Below are positions 39,701 through 51,700 of a stretch of 64,000 nt of DNA, piece after piece. The translations under genes and the position numbers were made by a program. The stretch's first letter is position 1. Each line of letters begins with the position of its first letter. The stretch covers positions 124,001 through 188,000 of the forward strand of contig NMRA01000358.1 of assembly GCA_002633005.1 (NCBI GenBank). Direction: 5' to 3'. The notes under the pieces are model-generated. The model was not told where the DNA came from. It was given only the letters and a program-made list of their open reading frames with translations, and did not search any database. This stretch comes from Phoronis australis. Lineage: Eukaryota; Animalia; Phoronida.

Positions 39701-42700
39701 TGATTGAACCAAGGAACAATTTAACTTAAAAGAATTCTAAAGGAACTTTCAATAACTGAAGATGGTACCAATGATCAAGACTGTTCAAACCGGTTTTGGG
39801 GGCAATCACCAAATGCATAAGATCGTATAACCAACAACTCAGAATAACTCGTTCTGAAAATGCATCTCTGACAGTGAAATTGAGACAAGGACAAAATGCT
39901 GATGGAAACTGCAACAACCAACAAACAAGTAGGTGGTTATTTAATTGTTTGACTCAATGAGGGCAGTTCAGTGAAAGAAACAAGAGTGAAAACCCAATTG
40001 TAAGGCAAAATCTGAATCTGGAAAACAAAATGAAATGTATTGAGGAAACTGGGTAATGAAAAGTGCAACAAGCGTTATGAGGCTAACGTTACAAAGATTA
40101 CCACTTATTATGTCCATTTGGGTTTAATGCCCACATTCAAGCAAATACCCGCCTCCAAATTTGCACTTTTGAACTCTTACGTAAGGTTACGTGCTCTCTT
40201 ACCATTCATACGCATGAACCTTACATGGCGTATCTATACAGAACTTCAACAACTCCCAAAATTTGGTTAAACATTTGAGCTCTTACACATGAAGTAGCCA
40301 GCAAGAAAGAAACTTCCTGGCCAATCACCAAAATTGGTCAATCGATAACTGCACATCCTAGAACTTTTTAAAAAATCTGACTTTAAACAATCAATCTCAG
40401 ATAGTTTAACTTGTGTTAAGATTTTATTAACAGAAAACAGGATGCAATGGCAGATAGAGCTGGAGACTGAGATAATGGCAGAGTACAGAGTGAAAGATGA
40501 CACAGAATAGAGAATTAGAGAGAGAGGCTTACAGATAGAGACAGTGCTAAGCTTGAAAGAAGGCAGANCGGACGGACGGACAGAGATGACGGCATAATGC
40601 GTCCACATATAAATATGTGGGCGCATAAAAAGTGATTGAACCAAGGAACAATTTAACTTAAAAGAATTCTAAAGGAACTACCAATAACTGAAGATAGTAC
40701 CAATGATCAAGACTGTTCAAACCGGTTTTGGGGGCAATCACCAAATGCATAAGATCGTATAACCAACAACTCAGAATAACTCATTCTGAAAATGCATCTC
40801 TGACAGTGAAATTGAGACAAGGACAAAATGCTGATGGAAACTGCAACAACCAACAAACAAGTAGGTGGTTATTTAATTGTTTGACTCAATGAGGGCAGTT
40901 CAGTGAAAAAAACAAGAGTGAAAACCCAATTGTAAGGCAAAATCTGAATCTGGAAAACAAAATGAAATGTATTGAGGAAACTGGGTAATGAAAAGTGCAA
41001 CAAGCGTTATGAGGCTAACGTTACAAAGATTACCACTTATTATGTCCATTTGGGTTTAATGCCCACATTCAAGCAAATACCCGCCTCCAAATTTGCACTT
41101 TTGAACTCTTACGTAAGGTTACGTGCTCTCTTACCATTCATACGCATGAACCTTACATGGCGTATCTATAGTAATAATAACATACACATGACGAACGTAG
41201 AAGTCCGAAATCAGTAAAAAAAGGCTACAGTCTTGAGCGACACTTGGCGAAATTAACGGAAAAGACAACGACGGAGAAGATGACGAAGATGATGACGAAT
41301 ATGATGATGGTGGTGGCAATGATGAACAACATTGTAACATTCATATGGCGAACTTAGATGTCATAAATCAAAAAGAAATAGGCTACAGTCTAGTTCAATA
41401 GAAGATAAACCAACATCAATGCAGCAAGAGCGCTCAACAAAGGAACAGCGTTATCAGAAAATCTCAAATAACTCGAAAAGTAGACGTCCTAGCGAAAAAT
41501 GGAAAACATATTCTGAAANCAGAACTTCAACAACTCCCAAAATTTGGTTAAACATTTGAGCTCTTACACATGAAGTAGCCAGCAAGAAAGAAACTCCCTG
41601 GCCAATCACCAAAATTGGTCAATCGATAACTGCACATCCTAGAACTTTTTAAAAAATCTGACTTTAAACAATCAATCTCAGATAGTTTAACTTGTATTAA
41701 GATTTTATTAACAGAAAACAGGATGCAATGGCAGATAGAACTGGAGACTGAGATAATGGCAGAGTACAGAGTGAAAGATGACACAGAATAGAGAATTAGA
41801 GAGAGAGGCTTAGAGATAGAGACAGTGCTAAGCTTGAAAGAAGGCAGAAGAAGAAGTTTAGAGATAGAGACAATGTGAAGAGTAAGAGAAGACAGAGGAA
41901 GAGGCTTAGGGATGAGACAATGTGAACTGTGAGAGAAGACAGAGGAAGAGGCTTAGAGGTAGAGTGAAGAGTGAGATAGAGACAGTGTGAAGAGTGAGAG
42001 AAGATGGAGCAAGAAGCTGAGAGTTAGAAGCAGTGTGGAGAGAAAGAGAAGACAGAAGAAGAGGCTTACAAACAGAAGCAGTGTGAAGAGTGATATAGGG
42101 GCAGTGTGCAGAGCGAGAGAAGACAGAGGAAGAGGCTGAGAGTTAGAGGCAGTGTAGAGAGAAAAAGAAGACAGAAGAAGAGGTTTACAAACAGAAGCAG
42201 TGTGAAGAGTGAGATAGGGACAGTGTGCAGAGTGAGAGAAGACAGAGGAAGAGGCTTGGAGATAGAGACAGTGTGAAGAGTGAGATAGGGAAAGTGTGCA
42301 GAGTGAGGGAAGACGGAGGAAGAGCATGAGAGTTAGAGGCAGTATGGAGAGAAAGAGAAGATGGAAGAAGAGGCTTATATACAGAAACAATGTGAAGAGT
42401 GAGACAGGGAAGAGGCTTAGAGATAGAACCATTGTGAATAGTGAGATAGAGACAGTGTGAAGAGAGAGAGATACTGACCTTTGCTGACGAGCTCTGCCAA
42501 TAGACTACTCCACTCTTGTCTAAACATGTCAGCACCAGTCAAACTACCATCACCACCAATCACCACTAGGTTAGTGATATTGTGCTGGACCAAGTTGGCT
42601 GCAGCTTTGAGACGACCCGCACGTTCCCTGAAGTCCTGGCAACGAGCACTGCCAATGATTGTGCCACCCTGATGAATGATGCCCGAGACCGACTCCCAGT

Positions 42701-45700
42701 GGGCTTCAACAATATTATCACCACCATTAACCATGCCTTGATAACCCTGTAAGAACAATTATAATTGTTTGAAAGAAAAATGTGTGTAATAAAAGGAAAC
42801 TGGTTCAAGGGAAAAAACTGCCCACGAAAAGAAATATGACACTAGCGAACAATTTCAGACAAAAACTAACCCAGTAAAAGGTGATCATTCACGAGAGACA
42901 AACAAGGTATTAGATATTCTGAAAATGCATTGCACAAACATATATTACATAAATTAAAACAAGATGCGAATGAATGATGGATATTGGTAGTTGTTCACAA
43001 ACACTGACAATAGTTGTTGGTCAAGAAAAACTAAAACTGGCCATCATTCCGGAATTTCTTCTGATCACATTAATTTTAAATGATGGATATGGCGATGTTT
43101 GAAACATTTGAAGTTTCTTAGTAGTGTTATTTAATTTCTAAGTTAAAAGCTCTACATTTTGCCCTGTTTAACTGGAAAAAAAATCTAATTTGACTTAGTT
43201 TTTACTATCATAAAATCAGTCACCTAATATTCCTTATTGTGATAGGATTGTTATGCCCTTTACCAAAAAGAACGATGAAACCACCAGGGACTCCAGAAAT
43301 ATTCCAGAGTTTATCGATTTTGGCCAAGTACATCCTACAGCCACATACAGAACCATACTTATCCCCTCTATGAAGTACCTCCTACAGCTCACAAAGAGGT
43401 CGATTTTACTTACCTCCTTGATGAAGTACACCCTGCAGCCCACATACAGACCCATACTTATCCCCCCTAAGAAATACATCCTACAGCTCACATACAGGCC
43501 GGTTTTACTTTTACTTTACCTCCTGCAGCCCACATACAGATATCCCCTCTAAGAAGTACATCCTACAGCCCACATAGAGGCCAGTTTTACTTACCTCCTT
43601 TATGAAGTATACCCTGCAGCCCACATACAGACCCATGCGCACTACAGCTCTCACAGCTGCATTCATGCCTGGAAATACAAATAATTGGAAATTCATAAAC
43701 TTAATGAAAATTTACATTTTTATTTCACTGATGTTCCCATTACTAAATCTCTGATATTCCATCAATAGATTGCTCTCATTCCAGCAGCATGCCTCCATCA
43801 CATGTAATCCATGTAGGGCGTCAGACTTTCTCCAATAATAGACCATAGGTATGATCAATGACTACAGCTGAACACTTGCACAACAAGAGCAGGGCACAGG
43901 AAGACATAATGAAGAGTTACCAACAGACCAACTCAAATCTGTATCAACAAGTCTTCCAAATCACAAACAGAACCAATCTTCACTGAGGGGGTAAATTCAT
44001 CATAATGATAAAAATGACCATTAAATCAACTCACAAATTATCCCAATTAGCCACAAATCAGCCATGGTGAAGTCATCCCATAACAAGGGATGAAATCAAC
44101 AATTGGTTGATTTCAGAGCCTGAGTCCTTACACAGACTTCAAAACCAGCTAGCTGAACCGCAAAATCCAATGGCCAGTGGTCAGACCTCAAAAGGCAATG
44201 TCCAGTACCTCAAAACTAGATGGCACCACCCAAAAACTGGTTGGCCGGACCTAAAACGGGTTGGGTGGACTTAAAACGGGTTGGGTGGACTTAAAACAAT
44301 TTGGCCGGTGCTCACAAACACAATGGCTGAACATATCGGGCTCAACTTTCAAAGCGAGTCTCTGAGGAAGTTCGACCGTTGTTTTTAATCACTGGCCAAC
44401 TAGTTATAGCACCAGCCATCGAGTTTTGGGTCTAGCCAATTAGTTTTTTGGGTGAAACCATCACATTTTGAAATCCAGACAAGTGGTTTTGAAGTCTGAC
44501 CAATAGTTGATTCCCCTGCATAGGGTACAATCGTTTATGGGATAATTAGAGCTGCAAATCACCCATGCAAAAATTATTTGGTAGTCGCAAATTTCCCATT
44601 GGGAAATTATTACATAGGAAGTATTTTCACTTACGTTGCCAGAACGTCACGACAAGAACTATCCACAATCAGTTGACCAAACAATAGGAGGGCCACTTTT
44701 CCAAACAACACTTGGAAAACCCTTGAGAAAAAATGGCCACTTAGGAGATGTTACAGTACCAGTAATCAAGGATTGCCCAAAAATTTAATGATGCTGGCAC
44801 ATTGCAATATTTGCAAACCTCTGTGTCAAGTTTCATTGAAATCCATCACTTAGATCTCTATGAATACCAACTGGAAATTCCCTTCCCCAAAATGGCCACT
44901 AAGAGGTGCTGCAGAGCTCAAATTCAAATCAAACAGAGAAGGCGCATTTATCATAAAACTCTGTGTCCAGGTTCATTGAAATTCGTCAATCGGTTTAATT
45001 TCTACTTATCCTCTTCTGCCAAACAAAATTTGAAATGAAAGCGCTCCGAGGAGCGAAACTTGGCGAAATCAACCAAAAAGATGACGATAAAGATGATGAC
45101 GAAGATGACGACGATGGTGGCGAGGATGAACAAAAGAANGTTAAATCGAAAATCCACTTAAAGTCGGGGATGGGCGGTTAACTGAGCATGGGCGTTAACC
45201 CGAACGATTACGGTATATGACACTTCTGTTTCATTTCCTCAATATTATATCATTTGCAACTCAGGCACCCATTTTTCGGTAACTACAATATTAAATATTG
45301 TTGTAATTTATTTTCAGGAAATGTTACAAGTTCAATGCACAATACAGTTGTTTTTGTCTTTGTTATCTCTTTTCGAGTAAGAAATTGTTACATTTAAAAC
45401 TGTTGCTTTTACTAGAGAAATTGTAACCTAACGGACAAATGCATACATATAGAATTTGATCCACCATGTGAATAGTCTGGGAGAAATAATAAAAAAACTG
45501 TCGAAAAATGAAACAAATTTAGATATGTGAAGCATATGTGATAAATACAAAACATCCCTCAATTGACGTAGATGAATATCCCACTCCACATCATTCCGCT
45601 TATCGACTGAGAACGAATAATGTCTCGTGGGATATTACTTTGTCTACCGGTAACTCTCGGTACGTTTTGTGTATGAACACATAATACACGGATGGTATAT

Positions 45701-48700
45701 GCATATCTATATGCATATACCATCCGTGTATATCCGTATATATTTCATATGTTTATGTATACATAAACATATGAAATATATGTGGGTACATAAAAAGGCA
45801 GAGCATACTGCATCTACATGCTTCTACACCATTGTCAACATCATACCACCTGTTTACAGATTGTTGTTGTGAGTCAGATGAGTGCAAGTTTTATTTACAC
45901 CTGCTGACCAGTAAAGCTATTGTTAGATTCTACAACCTCTGTTGATCCTAGAGTAATTTCCAAAGCAGAATACTCCAACTTGCTCAAAGACTGCATCATT
46001 TTTGTGAAAACATTTCATTTCAAAACCAGGTTTGAAAACTATTAATCTAGCTGGGTTACTAAGTACAATGGAAAATTTTTGAGTTTTGACCTCCATTAAT
46101 TAGTGATTCACCTCCACATGTTTACCAAAGTTTATTAAGTGTGTCTAAATAAGTCACATCAATCAAGCAATGGTGTATTCTTGCTAATTTCACTGAACTA
46201 TAGAGATGAAATGCCAACTTTGATAATGCACAGCTGAGGTTGCACCAGGCAAGTGTGAGAGTTGTTTGCATTCATTAATTCCAGTGTAGGATGTTTATTG
46301 CACTAAGAAATAAGTATAGGGCTTACAAGTAGGGTGGAATGTTTGTTTAGTACAAAGGAACTAAATTAACTGTTATCACCGAAAATTTCTTCCGAACAAA
46401 GTTCATCTATATTTTTGGAACATTTTGCAGTCTAATGGCCACAAACACTGTCACAAGGAGGATCATCTGCTTGCGATTCTGCAATTCAGGAAGCCAGTTG
46501 TGGGTATTACTGCTGCCTAGCTGATTGGCAAAAAGAACGAGTACATTTGTTTTCTTGACAATAGAGATATTGATACATGTAGTGTGTGTTACCCTAAACA
46601 AGAGACAATGGAACAAATTTTTATGATATGTTACTGAGAAAGTGAATTATGGAAATGACGATATTCATATCAAAGAGATAATTTGAACACCTGTTGCATT
46701 AGTTGTCAACATTAGAGAATGAAACTGGACTGAAAAGCAGGACATCCACAAAAAAGAGGGACATTTCGGTCTAGATTCCAAAATGCAAAGGTGAAATTTA
46801 CACTCAACACACAATGTTTCTGCCAAGATGTGACACCCCAAAGAACTTGACAGCATTTTTTAAATCGAATTGGAAATCGTGGGTGCTGCAAAAACCCATG
46901 AAATGTCCCGTCTGAACTTTCTTTTTAGTCAAAGGAAAAAAACGGTANCTTGGCGGAAAAATTCCGCCAAGTAAAAAAACAAACTTAGTGGAAGAGCAAC
47001 ATACATAATGAATTAAAGCTTCTTTTCGACAATAAAATAGCCACTAACAGGTGCAATGGTCGAATCAGTCAGAAATAATGGTGCCAGTGCAATGCCATCA
47101 CATAACATTGGGATTGCATAAAAGTTTTATTAAAATCCATAAATCAGATCTTATCAACCAGAAATGCTCTTCTCCAAAAACTGCATCTAGGTGGCACTGT
47201 AGTGGTCGAATCGGTCCAAAAATTTAATGGTGTCAATACATTGACATCATCAAGTACCTCTGTGTTAATCTTCAATCAAATCCTTTAACCAGTTCTCTAC
47301 ATATCATCTGGACATGCTCTCAGTCAAAATAGCCACTAGGAGGTGCTGCAGTAGTCCCAATCCATCCGAAAATCAAATGACACATTCTAAATTTGTACTT
47401 CTGCAGCAAGTTTTGTTTGACTACATCAATCGGTTTACTAGATTTCATCAGGAAACAACTTTGACCCAAACAATACTTGAAAAGCTCCAGCTGAAAACAA
47501 AATAGCCACCAGGAGGTGCTGCATTGGTCGAGTCCGCCTGAAAATTTCAAGGTGCCAGCGCATACTTCAAGTTTCAGTGAAATATCTCAATCCATTCTCT
47601 AGATATCATCCAAAAATGGTCTTCTGTTGAAGTAGCCTGCGAGGGGAATACATCACATGTCTGTATTGCACTCGACTGATTCAACGCATATGGGATAATT
47701 ATACGAGTTGAATAAGTCGAGTGCAACACGGCCATGTGATATTGTTTTCCGTATTGCACTCCTAGGACTTCTTCATTAGAGCCCTCTGACATGGAAAGTT
47801 CAAAAGTCAATGTCGACTCGACGTCGTTAGCTGGTTCGATCATCAAACCTTCCCAAAATAATTTTAAGTGGTAATTAAAATTGCAGTAGTATAAATAACA
47901 CTCAACATACAATCAGGTCCCAAATGTAACATCTGGTACAAAACTATTAATTATATGACACTTCTGGTTTATTTCCTCAATATTATATCGTTTGTAACTT
48001 AGGCACTGATTCCTTGGTAACTACAATATTAGATATTGTAATGTAATTTATTTTCAGGAAAAGTTACAAGTTCAATGCACAATACAGTTGTTTTTGTCTT
48101 TGTTATCTCTTTTCGAGTAAGAAATTGTTACATTTAAAACTGTTGCTTTTACTATAGAAATTGTAACCTAACGGACAAATACATACATATAGAATTTGAT
48201 CCACCATGTGAATAGTCTGGGAGAAATAATAAAAAAACTGTCGAAAAATGAAACAAATTTAGATATGTGAAGCATATGGGATAAATACAAAACATCCCTC
48301 AATTGACGTAGATGAATATCCCACTCCACATCATTCCGCTTATCGACTGAGAACGAATAATGTCTCGTGGGATATTACTTTGTCTACCGGTAACTCTCGG
48401 TACGTTTTGTGTATGAACACATAATACACGGATGGTATATGCATATACATAAACATATGAAATATATGTGGGTACATAAAAAGGCAGAGCATACTGCATC
48501 TACATGCTTCTACACCATTGTCAACATCATACCACCTGTTTACAGATTGTTGTTGTGAGTCAGATGGGTGCAAGTTTTATTTACACCTGCTGACCAGTAA
48601 AGCTGTTGTTAGATTCCACAACCTCTGTTGATCCTAGAGTAATTTCCAAAGCAGAATACTCCAACTTGCTCAAAGACTGCATTATTTTTGTGAAAACATT

Positions 48701-51700
48701 TCATTTAAAAACCAGGTTTGAAAACTATTAATCTAGCTGGGTTACTAAGCACAATGGAAAATTTTTGAGTTTTGACCTCCATTAATTAGTGATTCACCTC
48801 CACATGTTTACCAAAGTTTATTAAGTGTGTCTAAATAAGTCACATCAATCAAGCAATGGTGTATTCTTGCTCATTTCACTGAACTATAGAGATGAAATGC
48901 CAACTTTGATAATCAAATGCACAGCTGAGGTTGCACCAGGCAAGTGTGAGAGTTGTTTGCATTCATTAATTCCAGTGTAGGATGTTTATTGCACTATGAA
49001 ATAAGTATAGGGCTTACAAGTAGGGTGGAATGTTTGTTTAGTACAAAGGGACTTAATTAACTGTTATCACCGAAAATTTCTTCCGAACAAAGTTCATCTA
49101 TATTTTTGGAACATTTTGCAGTCTAATGGCCCCAAACACTGTCACACAGAGGGTCATCTGCTTGCGACTCCGCAATTCAGGACGCCGGTTGTGGGTATTA
49201 CTGCTGCATAGCTGATTGGCAAAAAGAATGAATACAACATTTGTTTTCTTGACAATAGAGATATTGATACATGTAGTGTGTGTTACCCTAAACAAGAGAC
49301 AATGGAACAAATTTTTATGATATGTTACTGAGAAAGTGGATTATGGAAATGACAATCTTCATATCAAAGTGACAATTTGAACACCTGTTGCATTGGTTGT
49401 CAACATTAGAGAACAAAACTGGACTGAAAAGCAGGACATCCAGAGAAATGAGGGACATGTAGGTCTAGACTCCAAAATCCAAAGGTGAAATCTACACTCA
49501 ACACACAACGTTTCTGGGAGATGTGACACCCCAAAGAACTTGACAGCATTTTTAAATCGAATTTGAAATCGTGGGTGCTGCAAAAACCCATGAAATGTCC
49601 CGTCTGAACTTTCTTTTTAGTTGAAGGGAAAAAACGCTAAGCCGTATGGGAAATTACAGTACATGATAATATAAATGTCAATTCACTATTTGTCAAAAAG
49701 CTGGACAGATGGTGCGGCGGGATAGCTGAAAAATTCAAGAAGCAGAACAGCTCACAAATTTCTTCAAATGTGTTCCCATTTTTGAGCCCACTCTCACTAG
49801 GTGAGCATGTTAAGTTTTCTGCTGTACCTAAAAAATCATGTACACCCTGGAATTAATTATACCGAACAACCTTGACAACTGTGACTAGCAGGGACTAAAA
49901 TGGCATGTGCAGAGACCAGATAAAATGACACAATCCAGATGCTTGTAAAACATTTTAAAACCTGGAATATTTTTGTTAAATGGACACCAAACCAGGATAG
50001 CCTATGAACAGATATTAAAAATGACTTTTCCATCCAATTCTCTGATACAATATAATGCTCTGTAACCCCAGACAGCCCTTAAAACTTTGGAGGAAAATTT
50101 GAGAACTCCTTTCAAAGTCTGCTAAATGGGAATGCATGGTCTATGCTTGTAGCGAATTACACTGCAACAGTATCGAAATACCACCAGCCGAAAACCATAA
50201 TATCCAATCTGTGACATGAGGATGAGTTTTTTTATTCCTGCCATAGTTGAAGATTGATGACACTGATGCATTAGCAACTGACAGAACAAGGACTGGTGGA
50301 AATCGTCAAAACAGGGTAGTAATTCCTTTTAAAGACACTAGCTTTGGAGCCTTAAACAGGAGCGGCCCTTCATCAGGTATGAAGACAAATGGGTGCGAAA
50401 AGCTAATTCTTATGCCAACCTGGGAAAGTGGGAACAGAGGAAGATTAGGGAGAGGGAATGGGAATAGTTGGAGGTAGTGGCGCGTGTCTTTATCCAAGGC
50501 CTCCGTTATCACATGTATTGAAAAACAATCATTGAGATTTATACTGTTGTGGGTATTATCAAGATTGCCCATCAGCACGCAGACCACGAATTTATCACTG
50601 CCATGGCCATAAAACACCACTGGAAAGCGAGGAACCGTTGCAGATAGTTTCATGGTGTCCATTGGGGAGAGAGCAGTCTTGAGTCTCACTTATACCGGTA
50701 TGTACATACCAGACGTGAGGACAGAGACTGCATCGACTACCAGTAGGATGTTCAATTTCAACCTCATTTTGAACATGCTGGCAAGTGAGATATCTAGGTT
50801 TATTACATTACTGCATTGTTTGCAGGAAGTTAAGCCCCTTTAATATTCATCTCATCACAAATCAATTATCCATCCAAACAAGCTGAACATAACAAGTCAC
50901 CACACACACACATCCAAGAATGTGCCAAAAATACTGCAGGATGTAAACAGATGGGAGCCAGAATTGTTCAACAAACTGAACAGAGTACGAATGTTGGGCC
51001 CAGTTGGGGAAAGTGGTTAGTACTGAGCAACCAATGTACATTTAATTTTCTATTCGACTAAAAAACCCACACGAATGATCTCCCCAGTTCTTCAATTCCA
51101 AAATCCTGGTTGACACTTTGAACTCAGACGACTTTCCAAATAAGTACCAATAAATCAATACACTAAAAAACTTGCCTGCGATTTTTGGCATGTACACATT
51201 CAACCATCGGCACGGGAGGCTGAAACATTAGACACACTTGTGTGCAAAATGGCTGAGTTTGGATAAGTAATCCTGTGGATGCACCAGGTTCCCTTTATTA
51301 AGGCAAATGACCTTGTAAGAACTGCTCAATCGATTGACTTTTTAATTGAGAAAATACAGTAAACACTGAACATTATATACAGAAACATTGTTTTTGAAAC
51401 TTTCGGAAATAGTTGAAAATAATAGATTCTGAGATATATACATTGACAAAACTGTATTACCTTCCTCCCAGCTGTTTTACCCTAAGTATGCAAATTATAG
51501 GTCACCTGATCAAAAAGCTGTAACCTTGGCAGTAAGAAAACATGACTGACAACAGGCGATTTTTTAAATTGTAGCCAAGAAAACTGCATTGGTAATAGAA
51601 TTGAATTTAATTTTGAAGTTATATTTTTAAGTTAAAGGACCAAAACATATATCATAAAAGAACAGGTTTGTTGTTGGGTGCTCCGGATTATCAATATCAT

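Larger units (their letters stand above)
39697..41850. repeat. Duplicated segment of about 870 bp (39697-40567 versus 40627-41170 plus 41520-41850) with Ns; the copies differ by TE insertions
   Basis: Near-identical copies; Ns at 40568 and 41519. Confidence 0.85.

Noticed and set aside
41953-42535. Hydrophobic 159-aa and 116-aa ORFs
   Set aside because: They are translations of a CT-rich minisatellite strand.
43234-43491. Mutually exclusive duplicate of PFK exon 2
   Set aside because: The copies lack the exon 5' half and an acceptor; they are partial tandem repeats.
50306-50689. 127-aa ORF as a nested gene or alternative PFK exon
   Set aside because: It is better explained as one frame of a frameshifted Penelope remnant and has no PFK similarity.
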